From positions 143,656 to 207,655 of the IMG/VR virus record IMGVR_UViG_3300020474_000001: a stretch of 64,000 nucleotides of DNA; one strand, given 5' to 3'. A program made the position numbers and the translations under genes. A model generated the notes under the pieces. The model saw only the letters and a list, made by a program, of their open reading frames with translations. It had not been told where the DNA came from and did no database searches. Shown here piece after piece: positions 10,168 to 21,565 of this stretch. Position 1 is the stretch's first letter. Each line of letters starts with the position of its first letter.

Positions 10168-10590
10168 TTATTTATCAAGATCCTTAAGACCATTCTTTAA
10201 CAACTTTGATAGTTCTGCAGTTGATCCAACAAATAATGCATTATTTACTGTTGATGGACCTTTTGTTTTTACACTTTCCTCTTCAACATCTTTTAATTTT
10301 TTCTGAAGCTCCATCAACTTGTCTGTAGTGTCTGAAACATTCTTGATCAACTGTCCTAGAACTTCGTATGCTCTTGGTTGTTCTGTTTCTTGTGCCAATT
10401 CAAGAACACTATCTATTGCTTCCTGACCTTTTTCTATAATTGAGTATAAGTTTCCACGAGTGTATTCATAATCTTTTTTAATATCTTCGACAGATGAGCT
10501 AATATCTTCTATCTTTTTTATCTTCTTACTTTCGACTTCCTTTGGTTCGATGTCGAAAGTTTCATTCAATTTATCAAATTTATCAGTCAT
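10168..10590 (-). CDS. gp16: Terminase small subunit
   Basis: DYEYTRGNL, PRAYEVLGQLIK and NNALFVGSTAEL motifs of cyanophage gp16; follows gp15. Confidence 0.9.
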   Translation of the reverse strand: MTDKFDKLNETFDIEPKEVESKKIKKIEDISSSVEDIKKDYEYTRGNLYSIIEKGQEAIDSVLELAQETEQPRAYEVLGQLIKNVSDTTDKLMELQKKLKDVEEESVKTKGPSTVNNALFVGSTAELSKLLKNGLKDLDK

Positions 10591-10592
10591 AT

Positions 10593-11594
10593 TCAGAATA
10601 TATCTCCATTAAATCCAAAATCATCACCTTCTTCAACCAATACATCATCCTGTTGATTGATGATCTTAACTGCTGCTCCTCTCAAGTGAGAAGTGACTAC
10701 AGTTTTGTCTCTACCACGATCTACCAAAACTTTTGAATCGGAAATTGTTTTAATATATATCTGCTCTCCCTCAATATCAATATAAGAATCTTCTGTCAAC
10801 ACACTAGAGTCATCAACTTCAATAATAGTGGTTGATGCGTCAATATCCTTAGATACTATTGTCACAACATCTCCATTATAATCTTTAATTGCTCTAGGAG
10901 ATACTGAATAACTAAGTCCTCTAACCGCTGAGGTGCTAGATCGACCTTCCAGATAATTGATAGTAGCTTTCTTGATAATATCTTTCGATGCCGATGTAAC
11001 TGGACCAAATAAGTATGTCTTTGCGTTAAATTTTAAAGTATAAAGTAATACTCTTCTACTGGTAAAATCTCCAGTGTAATCATCTTGCATTGTGATATTA
11101 TCAAGAACAATCGGAATATCTCTTTTTTCTTTTATCCCATCAACTAACTCAATGGAAATATTATACGCAGGTTGAAAGTATGGAAGTATTTGCTCAATTA
11201 TTTGGAGCATATCATCATTGACCTTAGCCATTATACTAAGCTCAAATTGCATAGTGTATGGAACAGGCATATATGTCTTTTTGCACTCAGACCCATCTTC
11301 AGAGTCTATTGATACAAACTGCTGTGTTGTAGTTACCTTTCTAGATGAATCGTATGTTAATCCATTGAATTCGAATGACATTCTTGGGAGAGTGATTGCA
11401 GTTGATTTGTTTAAATCTGGAGACTGCTCTAATCTTGCAAGAAATTTTTGTGTTGGTCCATACGCAAGAGGAACTTTTACAACATCAAGCACATTGTTAC
11501 TACTATCAAAGTGCTTGATAGAAATATTGTTAAACATCGTGCCAAAGGCGATGATGGTTTTTCTTAATATTTCGTTATAAAAATACTCAAACAT
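10593..11594 (-). CDS. gp15: Tail sheath stabiliser / terminator
   Basis: VPLAYGPTQKFLARL, LPRMSFE and QIIEQILPYFQP motifs. Confidence 0.94.
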   Translation of the reverse strand: MFEYFYNEILRKTIIAFGTMFNNISIKHFDSSNNVLDVVKVPLAYGPTQKFLARLEQSPDLNKSTAITLPRMSFEFNGLTYDSSRKVTTTQQFVSIDSEDGSECKKTYMPVPYTMQFELSIMAKVNDDMLQIIEQILPYFQPAYNISIELVDGIKEKRDIPIVLDNITMQDDYTGDFTSRRVLLYTLKFNAKTYLFGPVTSASKDIIKKATINYLEGRSSTSAVRGLSYSVSPRAIKDYNGDVVTIVSKDIDASTTIIEVDDSSVLTEDSYIDIEGEQIYIKTISDSKVLVDRGRDKTVVTSHLRGAAVKIINQQDDVLVEEGDDFGFNGDIF

Positions 11595-11618
11595 GACTAT
11601 TGCTTTTATATAAAATAT

Positions 11619-13046
11619 TTATGGGGTTCCAAATGGATTTATTTCAGAGAAATCAATGATATCATCTGACTCTGCTTCAATATTATAATTATCGGCAAAA
11701 CCATCATCAGTTGGAAATTTATCGACAAATAAAATCCTATGTGTTGCTTTTGATTCTGAACCAGTCAATATTTCTCCAATTTTGAACTCTCCAGATATAT
11801 GAGACAATTCTAGAACATTTGTATAATTCCAAGTTCTAACTCTTGCTGTAGTTCCACTCTCAGAACCAGTTACAGTTTCATTGAAAATGAAGTTTCCTTG
11901 AGATTCCAAATATGGATTGGATATGGTTATCGCAGGAGCCTCTGTATACCCAACACCAGCATTAATTAGGTTGATTGTGGTGATTTGTCCATCAACACCT
12001 ATTACAGCGGTTGCAGACGCTCCTACGGTCGAATTACCGGCAATGGTGATGGTAGGTTGATCTATATATCCAAGACCAGGATTTGTAATCTCAAATGAAC
12101 CAACAACACCATCTGCAATTTGAGTTACAGCTTCCGCTCCATCTCCGCTACCAAAGAACTTTATACCAGGCGCTTCTGTGTATCCTGCACCAGTATTAAC
12201 AATATCAACATTCTGAACCAACCTAGAACGAGTTCCAAGAGTTGCATTATGTACATTTATGCCACCAATTAATCTTGTGGTCGCTATACCAGTAACTCCA
12301 CCACTAGGTGCAGATGAAAAACCAACCGTTGGATTATCAAAGTATCCACTTCCTCTATTTGTTATAGTTACCAATTGAATTCCACCATCAGCAATTGTAG
12401 CTGTTGCAGTAGCAGTAATACCAATACCTGTAACAAGAAGTGTCTGAGTTGGTCCAAGAATAACTGGAGTTCCGTCAGCATTTCTACCATCAATTTCATT
12501 TCCGATTAAATTGTCATCAATTTCATGAATATCGGTATCTATAATTTCATTTTCGTAGCGGAACAACTCACATCTCAACTCATACACATAGTTCTTCTGG
12601 AGTTGATAGAATGGTTTTTCATGTTCGACATATTTAATTTCATACAATCTATCACCTAAAGGAAGATATACTAAATCCCCTTCTTTTGGTCTAGATGATA
12701 ACTTAATATTTGGTTTATCCTTTATCAGAGGTTCGATATAGTTTTCCCATCTTTCTTTGGATATTACAAATGTAATTTCCTGAGTTTGCTCGATACCAAA
12801 CTTTGAGAGTAATACTGGATTTTCGGCATACCCGTCATAGTTTTGAATATATGCTTCTATTGGATATGAGTTTGTAAATGCAGACTGAGTAACTTCTCTT
12901 ACTATATCATTTTCACTTACGAATGATCTTGGCATGTAGTGAACCTCTATGCCATACATTCTTAACTGTTCGTTAATGATATCTTGAATTAAATTCTGCT
13001 CACCGGATGTTCCTTGAGTAAAAAATGGATTTAGCATATCAACCAA
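11619..13046 (-). CDS. gp14: Neck / head completion protein with C-terminal repeat extension
   Basis: gp14-like N-terminal part (PKEGDLVYLPL, EHEKPFYQL) followed by GxGY-type beta repeats. Confidence 0.92.
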   Translation of the reverse strand: MVDMLNPFFTQGTSGEQNLIQDIINEQLRMYGIEVHYMPRSFVSENDIVREVTQSAFTNSYPIEAYIQNYDGYAENPVLLSKFGIEQTQEITFVISKERWENYIEPLIKDKPNIKLSSRPKEGDLVYLPLGDRLYEIKYVEHEKPFYQLQKNYVYELRCELFRYENEIIDTDIHEIDDNLIGNEIDGRNADGTPVILGPTQTLLVTGIGITATATATIADGGIQLVTITNRGSGYFDNPTVGFSSAPSGGVTGIATTRLIGGINVHNATLGTRSRLVQNVDIVNTGAGYTEAPGIKFFGSGDGAEAVTQIADGVVGSFEITNPGLGYIDQPTITIAGNSTVGASATAVIGVDGQITTINLINAGVGYTEAPAITISNPYLESQGNFIFNETVTGSESGTTARVRTWNYTNVLELSHISGEFKIGEILTGSESKATHRILFVDKFPTDDGFADNYNIEAESDDIIDFSEINPFGTP

Positions 13047-13887
13047 TCATATCTAGTGGTGGTAATTCGTATGTATTTGACATATCATCAAGGATGAATT
13101 CAATTTCTCTCTGCGCATCTTCATAGATCATTCTTCCATTTAACTCAACTCCTCCTGGGAGTTTTACTCCTTGGAATTTGATCAGATTCTGCCCCCACTG
13201 TCTCTTAACCAATGCTGTCAAATATCTCTTCAAGAAGGAATCGTTCCATACTCCAGTATATTCGTTTGGGTCTATGAGACGATAGCAATCAATAATCAAG
13301 TGCTCTCCTGCCTTTACAGCAGACCAATCGATATCAATATATAAGCGATCCATTCTCTGGTTAAATCTGATTTGCTTCTCAGTAGTTAACAAAAAGTTAA
13401 GATCTTCTAAGTATGTCTTAGTCATTGCATACTGAAGTATTTCCATAGAACCCCAGTAATACAAATCATTCAGGAACATTTGGTACTTCAAACTGAACAT
13501 ATTATTTGTAGTAGTATTTGCACCATCAAAGTGATATATCTTTGTGATTCCAATCACTGCTGGAGGAATTTGTAAATAGTTTCCTGCCTCATTATATGAG
13601 AATGTGACTGTACCTATACCAGAAACATTCGAGCTTGCAGTTGTAGTTGTTACACCAATATTCCCGTTTTCTTCTTTTGCTCTACCTCTATCAATATCGT
13701 CTTGAGTTACTTTATATTTCAAGAAAGTTTGCATTACACCGTCAAAGTGTCTTTCATGAAAATACTGCAAGGCATCATCGACCAAATCATCAAGTTGCTC
13801 ATCAGCGACATTAATTTCTAATACTGGAGCTCCTAGTTGCCTTTTACAATAGTTTATTAACTCAGACCTACTTGATGGTTGTGACAT
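13039..13887 (-). CDS. gp13: Neck protein
   Basis: LGAPVLEINV, FHERHFDG, KRQWGQNLIKF and LPGGVELNG motifs. Confidence 0.95.
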   Translation of the reverse strand: MSQPSSRSELINYCKRQLGAPVLEINVADEQLDDLVDDALQYFHERHFDGVMQTFLKYKVTQDDIDRGRAKEENGNIGVTTTTASSNVSGIGTVTFSYNEAGNYLQIPPAVIGITKIYHFDGANTTTNNMFSLKYQMFLNDLYYWGSMEILQYAMTKTYLEDLNFLLTTEKQIRFNQRMDRLYIDIDWSAVKAGEHLIIDCYRLIDPNEYTGVWNDSFLKRYLTALVKRQWGQNLIKFQGVKLPGGVELNGRMIYEDAQREIEFILDDMSNTYELPPLDMIG

Positions 13888-13925
13888 TTACTTAAAATAG
13901 ACCTATTAATAGTATTTATCATGAT

Positions 13926-14186
13926 TTATATATCGCAGTCACCCCAGATACCAGTCTCTTGATATTTCAGTTCTTCATACATTTCTCTTCTAGAATCTTC
14001 TTGATGAAATACAGACCAACACCAAGACAATGCCATTTTCCGCAATTCCTCAATGTCATCACATTCTTCAATCATTGGGATCATATGCTTAAATTGTGGA
14101 TGCCGAGGTGGATTTTTAAAACACTCTTCTTTTAATTGCTCAAAATTTAACATATTTCCATTTAAGATAAGTTCATCATAATCCAT
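13926..14186 (-). CDS. Hypothetical protein
   Basis: 86-aa ORF in operon context. Confidence 0.6.
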   Translation of the reverse strand: MDYDELILNGNMLNFEQLKEECFKNPPRHPQFKHMIPMIEECDDIEELRKMALSWCWSVFHQEDSRREMYEELKYQETGIWGDCDI

Positions 14187-14376
14187 CTGTCAACTTTTTT
14201 AACATCTCTTTAATATCGTTTATTTCTTCACGTATATTGTCAAGATCTATTTTGAATCTGTCTAATTTTTTGTCCTCTTTGATTTTGGAATTTCTTTTTG
14301 AAATGTATTCTTTATATTTTTCCGCATTTCTATTTGAAATAGAATTTGTTGCACCATCTCTTTCAAAATCGCTCAT
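14176..14376 (-). CDS. Small coiled-coil hypothetical protein
   Basis: 66 aa; abuts the stop of the large structural gene. Confidence 0.7.
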   Translation of the reverse strand: MSDFERDGATNSISNRNAEKYKEYISKRNSKIKEDKKLDRFKIDLDNIREEINDIKEMLKKLTDGL

Positions 14377-14377
14377 A

Positions 14378-17300
14378 TCATGCTAAAGCTATTACTTTTA
14401 AATTCTTAATTTTTGGAACTTGTACTTGATTCTTAGAAGTCATAATAATTTTTACTCTATATGAAATGAAAGAGGACAAACTGTCAGCAGTGAATGTATA
14501 TTCGGAATATTCCGATGACTTACTAATAATCTCATCAGATTTACCGCCATTCAAATCATCATATCCCGAGAATGGAACAAACGTTGGTTCAAATCCTTCA
14601 GAATCGCTGATTGCATAGAATGCTCTAATATCATTTTCTTCCATCAAGTCCGCATCTAGAATAATTTTTAATCCAGTGGCAGGATTATCAATATTCATCT
14701 CTTTCGAGATATATTGGCATGCAGTTGGATCTGTAAATATTTTATTAACTCTTCCATCCTCAGCATAATCTTCAATTATGTTATTAATACGGTTGGATGT
14801 AAGTATCATACTTACTCTTTCAGAATCAATGATTGGTGTAAGTTTTGAATTTGTTGTACTCAAGAATAATCTAAGGTTTGAAGACTTATTTCCTATATTT
14901 GCAGATAGTTTATTATCCTCATTTACTTTTGAACATATGATTCTTGGAGATTTGAGATAGTTTGGTTTATTGATTGAAATCTCTTCAAATCCAGTATTTA
15001 TAAATGGAACTTCATCTCCACTTTGTGACTGTCCGGTTGTAGTTCTCAATTGTGCTGATATGCTCGTTCCCTCAATGCTCAAATTATGAATGTTGGGAGT
15101 TACAATCTCGAATGGAATATTTTGAGTTGCTTTTGATAAATATCCTCCACATGTTTTTGTTTTATTTGCATGCAATTTCTGGAATCCAGCATCATTGCTT
15201 CTATCATCGTTATTTTGGTTGAAAACTTCTTCAGTATTCAACTTAATATGATATGAATCAAATGTTATTGGATCATCAACCTCAACATCTGAGAAGTTGT
15301 GAATTTTATTAACTCTTAGCAAGTTTACCCCATTAATCTCATACTTATAAACAGGTGTTCCCGATGGGTATGATTTGGAGAGAGTATTGTTAACACCTCT
15401 CAAGATTCCGCCAACTTGAGTGTCAGATACCTGATTATATTCAATGATTTCATCTTCAATCAACAGGAATCCTATATTTGTGGTTCCAACTCCAACGTTT
15501 TCAAAAGTTGAAAACTCTGAAGTATCATCTATTGATATTGGAGAAGTTGATTCTGAATCATATGCTAATGTCAGCTTGGTTGGTCTAACATCAGAAGAAA
15601 CTCCGAATATCTCTACCCTATTGTCACTTGAGTGCATACCGTGATTCTGGTGATTTATCTTGATGTGCAATCCATCAGAGTCAGTTACAATATTGTTGAT
15701 ATAAACTGGACCTTCACTATTATCTTTCATATCCGAAGACACTCCAGTGAGTCTCTTATATTGAAGTTTATTGTCTGATTGGTTGATTACGAAATCTCCT
15801 TGAACATTATCAAAAATCAACTCACTAGTCTCTCCAACAGTAGCAATAGTAAGTCTTGCACCAGATCCAGAACCAGTAGTAGTTATTCCCAACACATCAC
15901 CAACATTATATCCAGATCCACCGTCAGAAATTGTTGCACCAGTGATTTCTCCTGCAGAAAGTGTCACGTCTGCTTTTGCACCTCTACCATTACCAGTAAT
16001 TGTAGTCAAATTAATATCATCAAATGCAGTTGCACTTGCATCATACCCGGATCCAGCATCTGTTATACTCAATGTACCAGTAGCTGTTGCCGCCGTACCT
16101 ACTAGTGTTGCTGCTGCATTGGTTTTGTCTTGATAATAGACAACTCCAGGTGACAAAGCATAACTATCCATATCTGCAGAAGAACCCACTGCAGTTGACA
16201 ATCCAGCTCTTATTTTCTTTGCTTTGAATGATAAAGAATCTGGCATCAACTTAGCAATCTGACAATTTTGTGCAGAAAGTTGAGAATTGTAAAATTCAAC
16301 TGTCCCAGAATCTAAGAAATCTGCTCTATACATCGTAAACTTCAAATTCTCTGAAGAATTTGCTTCCCAGTCAGAAGTATTTTGTGATTTGAAAAGTGGT
16401 CCGAGATACGAATGATTTGATATATACGAATCTGAAATTATATCAAACTCACCAATTTTAGAAACAAATACACTATACTTTGTTGAATTTGATTTCAAAC
16501 AGATTGCATACTCAGAGTTTCCTCCTTCCAAATATACTGGAGATTTAAATTCAAATGAAGTTGCTATAGATCCATCTGCAGAAGTTTGAACATCTTCTGG
16601 ATTTATTGCAACTCTAGTTCCAGGTATAATCTTTTCTGATGGGACACCACTCTTCATGGGTCTTATTTGCATTTCAACAGGAATGCTATTTGCATCTTTT
16701 GTTCTAAAGAAAATATCGCATCGAGTTATAAAAATACCCGTTTCATCTTCCACTTTAAATGATTGTGCAAGTGGATCGTACCATGCAATAGTTTTTTCTT
16801 GAGATGAACTTGTTGATGATCCTGATACAAGTTCAGTATCAATAGCATCTCTAACAGAAGATAATTCAAATTCTGGTCTTTCTTGAACAAGTGGTGATCG
16901 AACAGATACTATGTTATCATTAACGGTTTCAATTATGCCAGAAGATGTAAATGTTCTCTCTGCTCTTGATATTACATCATTTGTATCGTTGCTTTCACTA
17001 CTGGTCAAAGTAAATGTTTTTTCTCCAGATTCAAAGTTTGGATTTGAAACTCTTGTAGAATCTGGAATATAAAAACTACCGAGTAAACAGGATGCTGAAT
17101 CTGATAATAATCTTATATTAGTTACAACTGCCTGTGCCCCACTATCCCTACCTGAAAGTGTCATTCCAACTTCCACTAATCCATAGTAAGAAGATTCAGA
17201 TTCACTTGACAGTGATAATGTATCTACATTTAATACTGTTGAAGTTGCTGAATATATTTCAGGTAGCTGTGTGTTATTGTATGGATTTTCATCATATACT

Positions 17301-20300
17301 TTTACTGGAGAGTTGTATGGACCTTCTTTATGGTTCAATTGCGCCAATCTGAAAATTATACATGAAGTTTCTCTAGTCTTTTGATCTAAACCATTGGCAA
17401 TCACTTTTCCTTCTACCGTTTCACCAGACTGAAAAACTCCTTCAATCATAGAAATTTCAAGTAACTTTGGTATGCAGTAATTTGTTACTTCTTTTCCATC
17501 AAAGAATGCATACATTCTTGTGTTTGGTTTTACATTTTTAGATTCAAAGTGAATATTTGTTGATTTTGATTTCAAATCAATCTTATTTAAAACCTTTCCT
17601 TGAATTGATATCCCATCAATATTGGAATTATCCATACCAATCCAATTCTTTTGCCATGAATTCCAAACAGTTGGCTCAAAACCAACCTGCATGTCCACTT
17701 CTTTATCTTTTCTAACATCAATCCAGTCATCAGATCTTGGTTTGAGATCCAACATGCCTTGCCAAAAACTAACAGTGAATGGAGTGACATTTTCAGTTCT
17801 TGTCGCAAAGGTTTGAGATAAACACTCGATTTCCGAATAATCTAGGGTTATCAAGTTATCACTTCTTTGTATATTCACACCTTCTGCATTTGAAAAGTAT
17901 AAATCATCTCCTGGAGCAATCTGATCCACTGGTCCTAGAATCATTCCTATAGACGTAGTATAGTGTTTTGGTCTCAATTCATTGTTTGACTCATCTATAC
18001 TATTATTGATATAGACAGAAGTATCTTGTGATTTTGTTGTTGCAAAATCATCTACAAAGAATCCAGATTTAAATCTATCACTAGAATTTTGATCTCCTAT
18101 AAACATATTTGCAGTAGATGTTTCAAGAAGTGATAACTTTGTTTCCTTCTCCAATTTTGACAATCTATCACTAATATGCTTAACATCTTTCATAGTATAT
18201 CTCTTATTTTCCGATGTTAAGATGCTTGCGTCTTTAGTATCGTAGAGATATGGTGGAAGATTAATAGTTGCTATTTCTAAAGTTCCATCTACTTGATCTG
18301 GTTTTTCAGGAATATCTGATGGAACACCATATTTAACTTGAAATCTTCCAGATTTAGTTAAGAATATGCTATCAATTCTTCCTCTGTGATAAGAAAAATC
18401 TAAATCTATTGGTTCACCTGAAGCCAAAATATTTTTAGATGTGTTTCCTTGCTGCAAAAATCTCCTTCCCATAAACTCTAGCGGAGAGCGATCTTCTACT
18501 TGAGTAAAATTGGAAACTCTTGGTCGGATATCGATAATATCAGTATTTCTGATTTCACCAATAGATGAAATCTCACTACTATAATCAAAATTTGAATATG
18601 AATTTACTGTTGTTATATCTCCACCATCAGTAGAATCATAAGATGCATGTGAAAAGTAAACTTTTAATTTTCTTGTCGGCTCTTCTACATCACTTTTTCT
18701 AGTTATTGTCGAATAATCATAAAATGTATTTTTTTGTCCACTAGAGAATGTATAATTTGACGTAATATCAAAACTTGGCGATTCTATTGAAATTATACTT
18801 GCTGAGTGCTCAGATTGCTCTAGTACAATAGATTCTCCAACCTTAAATTTATTCTCGTTTTTATATAAGATTGAGATTTCTTCTGCAGCATTTTTTTCAG
18901 ATAATATTGCAACAGCACCACTTATCTGTCCAACGATTCTTTCTCCAATAATAAACTCAGATGTTGTTGATGAACTAGAATTAATTGTAGATAGAAATAG
19001 TTTTGGTGAACTAGGATCTTCTACATCTGTCGATTCAAATATGCCATGAATAGAGATAACATCTGGTGTATTCAATGAAATGATTTCATCTTGAACTCTG
19101 GTTCCGAATGCATATCCATTAGTGCCGTAGTCCAATCCATCATTTAATGTTGTACTACCAACTCCAGATGATAATAACTTTGAATTGTTGATAATTATTG
19201 AACTTACTTTATTGTTTATTTTTTCTTTTGCTGATGGTGAAGATTTTTTCAGAGAAGCCATTAATGTGGCTCCAGTATCATCTGCACCTAAATTGACTAT
19301 GGTTAGTGATTTTGAATCAATAGCTAATTGAACTTTGCTAAAATCCAACTCTTCAATACTACCATCAGATCTAATTAATGAGTATCTTGATGGAGAAAAC
19401 TGCATAAACTCTTCCCCAATATCAGCATTCGGAGTAGTATTTGTTGTTATTCTATTATTTGCTATATTAACAATAAATTTCTTTCTAATAGAAATATTAG
19501 AATTATTTAAATTTATATTTGATATATTTGTTTTGGGTAGTTTTGTAAATAGAGATTTGTCAGATGATTTGTCTAGATTTGTCTTTAGAATAGATAAATC
19601 AACTACATCAATATTTGATGTCGGTAGAGATCCATCAAAAACTCCAGTTACAGATGTAATTGAAGAAATTTCAATTGAATTTTCTAATACTTGTGTAACT
19701 TTGGCTGCTCTCTTTTGAGAAGATATCGTATATTGAAGCAAATCATTTACGTATATATTTTTGGGGAATCCTTCCTCTGAACTAGTAATAGTGCTTGTTC
19801 CTGAAGATTCTGCTGTTATAGATGCTTTACCTATCACTTTGGGGGACTGAATTGTATCGCAACTGAAATCAACATCTCCATTCTCATCTGTTGAGAATAT
19901 TGACTTCACATTAGATACGCCAAAATTGTCGATAGATACTATTTCCCTACTAGATTCTAATCCATCAAATGACAGCGTCTCATTTTCTACAAAGGTTCCT
20001 TTTTTATCATAAACTGTAATAGAAGTACTATCTGTTACACTATTTTTTAGGAATGCTGTTGCCCCGCTATTTTTTCCCTTTATAAATGTTGGTGTACTTA
20101 AGGTTACTGCAGAATTAAGGGTAAGAGTGGAGAATATATTTAAATCATATAGTGATATTGACCACTCATTTATGTCTTTGTTAGAATTGTAGTTTGATTT
20201 TAGTTTAAAATCATAAACTCTGGCAACTCCGATCTCATCTCCAGATAAAGTTGTGGATGCTGCGCCAACCCTATCAGATCTAAGACTAACATAGTAAGAT

Positions 20301-21559
20301 GTTCCAATACCAATATTTGGTGCCCCATAAAGTCTATTTACTGATAGCGTACTACCGGTGTTAAATGATAAAGACTGATTTTCTAAACTTTTTGTTACCC
20401 TTGGTTTTTGCACATCAATCATTACTGGAGATGTTGTCTCCACTTCATACCCACGAACATATGCCTTTCCTGTGGATATCTTATATACAGATAAATTATC
20501 AGAAGGTATTCCTCCACTAGGAGTGAATTGTGATTCTGTGAATAGTCCTTTATTTCCTACTCTATCATTTAATGAATTTTCTAAAGAAACCTCAAATGGT
20601 TTTATATAATAACTTCCCGAATCAGAAAAACTTCTATCGGATAAACTATCAGATATATTCTTTTTTAAATTTGAGTTGGAAGAAGAACTTTTATTTGCCT
20701 TTAGAACTCCATCTTCAATTATTGCTAACTCAATAAAATTTGTATCGTCTAGATCACTTAATGGTTTCTTAAACAAACTTACAGATAATTTTAATCTATC
20801 TGCACCAGGTGCAGAATAGTTATTATATCCCTGAGAATTATCGTTTAGAGATTCGTCTATATCTGCCGTTATAACTTCCTCACTAATAAACAATCCAACT
20901 CTATAGTTTGGAGTGTTTGTATATTGGTCTAGAATTAAATATTCTTTTTCAACTTCAACAAAGTTTCCTCTTATAAAATATACTCCACTATCAATTTGAA
21001 ATACAGAACCAGTTGCAGCAGAATCCTCAGAAAAAGTTGTTGCAAATGGAGTTCCTTCTTGAATAAATGGATTGCCAATAAGAGTTGATGCAATCAGTTT
21101 ATTGCAAACCAATTCCTCACCATCTAAAAAGGTTTGCGTCGTATTGTTTTGAGTGCTTGAGCTGAGATAATTTATATAAAGAGTTATATTGCCCACCTCT
21201 GATTCTTCTTGAGGAAGAACAAAATCCACATAAGCAGATACTCCAGATGTTTGACCAGTAATTTTCGTACCAACAAGTTGGTCTGCATATGCAGAAACTG
21301 GTATCCCCAAGTGAGTATTATTTAATTGCACACAGTAATATAATTGAGAATATCCTGTATTCCCCGGAATTACTTTAGATCCCTCTTTGAAAAAATGTTG
21401 GCCAAATTTTTCAATCTGATCTTGAAGTATTGTTTGTAGAGTTGTTAACTCTCTAGCCTGTACCGGATAACCCGGTTTAAATAATACTCGATGATAATCA
21501 TTATTTGAATCAAAATCATCAAAGTACGGCTCTACGTTTAGATTAGTTTGCTGTGGCAT
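14378..21559 (-). CDS. Large virion structural protein (DUF4815/VrlC-like, tail or baseplate associated)
   Basis: N-terminus PYFDDFD...YHRVLFKPGYPVQARELT is typical of this cyanomyovirus family; downstream of gp8. Confidence 0.82.
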   Translation of the reverse strand: MPQQTNLNVEPYFDDFDSNNDYHRVLFKPGYPVQARELTTLQTILQDQIEKFGQHFFKEGSKVIPGNTGYSQLYYCVQLNNTHLGIPVSAYADQLVGTKITGQTSGVSAYVDFVLPQEESEVGNITLYINYLSSSTQNNTTQTFLDGEELVCNKLIASTLIGNPFIQEGTPFATTFSEDSAATGSVFQIDSGVYFIRGNFVEVEKEYLILDQYTNTPNYRVGLFISEEVITADIDESLNDNSQGYNNYSAPGADRLKLSVSLFKKPLSDLDDTNFIELAIIEDGVLKANKSSSSNSNLKKNISDSLSDRSFSDSGSYYIKPFEVSLENSLNDRVGNKGLFTESQFTPSGGIPSDNLSVYKISTGKAYVRGYEVETTSPVMIDVQKPRVTKSLENQSLSFNTGSTLSVNRLYGAPNIGIGTSYYVSLRSDRVGAASTTLSGDEIGVARVYDFKLKSNYNSNKDINEWSISLYDLNIFSTLTLNSAVTLSTPTFIKGKNSGATAFLKNSVTDSTSITVYDKKGTFVENETLSFDGLESSREIVSIDNFGVSNVKSIFSTDENGDVDFSCDTIQSPKVIGKASITAESSGTSTITSSEEGFPKNIYVNDLLQYTISSQKRAAKVTQVLENSIEISSITSVTGVFDGSLPTSNIDVVDLSILKTNLDKSSDKSLFTKLPKTNISNINLNNSNISIRKKFIVNIANNRITTNTTPNADIGEEFMQFSPSRYSLIRSDGSIEELDFSKVQLAIDSKSLTIVNLGADDTGATLMASLKKSSPSAKEKINNKVSSIIINNSKLLSSGVGSTTLNDGLDYGTNGYAFGTRVQDEIISLNTPDVISIHGIFESTDVEDPSSPKLFLSTINSSSSTTSEFIIGERIVGQISGAVAILSEKNAAEEISILYKNENKFKVGESIVLEQSEHSASIISIESPSFDITSNYTFSSGQKNTFYDYSTITRKSDVEEPTRKLKVYFSHASYDSTDGGDITTVNSYSNFDYSSEISSIGEIRNTDIIDIRPRVSNFTQVEDRSPLEFMGRRFLQQGNTSKNILASGEPIDLDFSYHRGRIDSIFLTKSGRFQVKYGVPSDIPEKPDQVDGTLEIATINLPPYLYDTKDASILTSENKRYTMKDVKHISDRLSKLEKETKLSLLETSTANMFIGDQNSSDRFKSGFFVDDFATTKSQDTSVYINNSIDESNNELRPKHYTTSIGMILGPVDQIAPGDDLYFSNAEGVNIQRSDNLITLDYSEIECLSQTFATRTENVTPFTVSFWQGMLDLKPRSDDWIDVRKDKEVDMQVGFEPTVWNSWQKNWIGMDNSNIDGISIQGKVLNKIDLKSKSTNIHFESKNVKPNTRMYAFFDGKEVTNYCIPKLLEISMIEGVFQSGETVEGKVIANGLDQKTRETSCIIFRLAQLNHKEGPYNSPVKVYDENPYNNTQLPEIYSATSTVLNVDTLSLSSESESSYYGLVEVGMTLSGRDSGAQAVVTNIRLLSDSASCLLGSFYIPDSTRVSNPNFESGEKTFTLTSSESNDTNDVISRAERTFTSSGIIETVNDNIVSVRSPLVQERPEFELSSVRDAIDTELVSGSSTSSSQEKTIAWYDPLAQSFKVEDETGIFITRCDIFFRTKDANSIPVEMQIRPMKSGVPSEKIIPGTRVAINPEDVQTSADGSIATSFEFKSPVYLEGGNSEYAICLKSNSTKYSVFVSKIGEFDIISDSYISNHSYLGPLFKSQNTSDWEANSSENLKFTMYRADFLDSGTVEFYNSQLSAQNCQIAKLMPDSLSFKAKKIRAGLSTAVGSSADMDSYALSPGVVYYQDKTNAAATLVGTAATATGTLSITDAGSGYDASATAFDDINLTTITGNGRGAKADVTLSAGEITGATISDGGSGYNVGDVLGITTTGSGSGARLTIATVGETSELIFDNVQGDFVINQSDNKLQYKRLTGVSSDMKDNSEGPVYINNIVTDSDGLHIKINHQNHGMHSSDNRVEIFGVSSDVRPTKLTLAYDSESTSPISIDDTSEFSTFENVGVGTTNIGFLLIEDEIIEYNQVSDTQVGGILRGVNNTLSKSYPSGTPVYKYEINGVNLLRVNKIHNFSDVEVDDPITFDSYHIKLNTEEVFNQNNDDRSNDAGFQKLHANKTKTCGGYLSKATQNIPFEIVTPNIHNLSIEGTSISAQLRTTTGQSQSGDEVPFINTGFEEISINKPNYLKSPRIICSKVNEDNKLSANIGNKSSNLRLFLSTTNSKLTPIIDSERVSMILTSNRINNIIEDYAEDGRVNKIFTDPTACQYISKEMNIDNPATGLKIILDADLMEENDIRAFYAISDSEGFEPTFVPFSGYDDLNGGKSDEIISKSSEYSEYTFTADSLSSFISYRVKIIMTSKNQVQVPKIKNLKVIALA

Positions 21560-21565
21560 AACTCT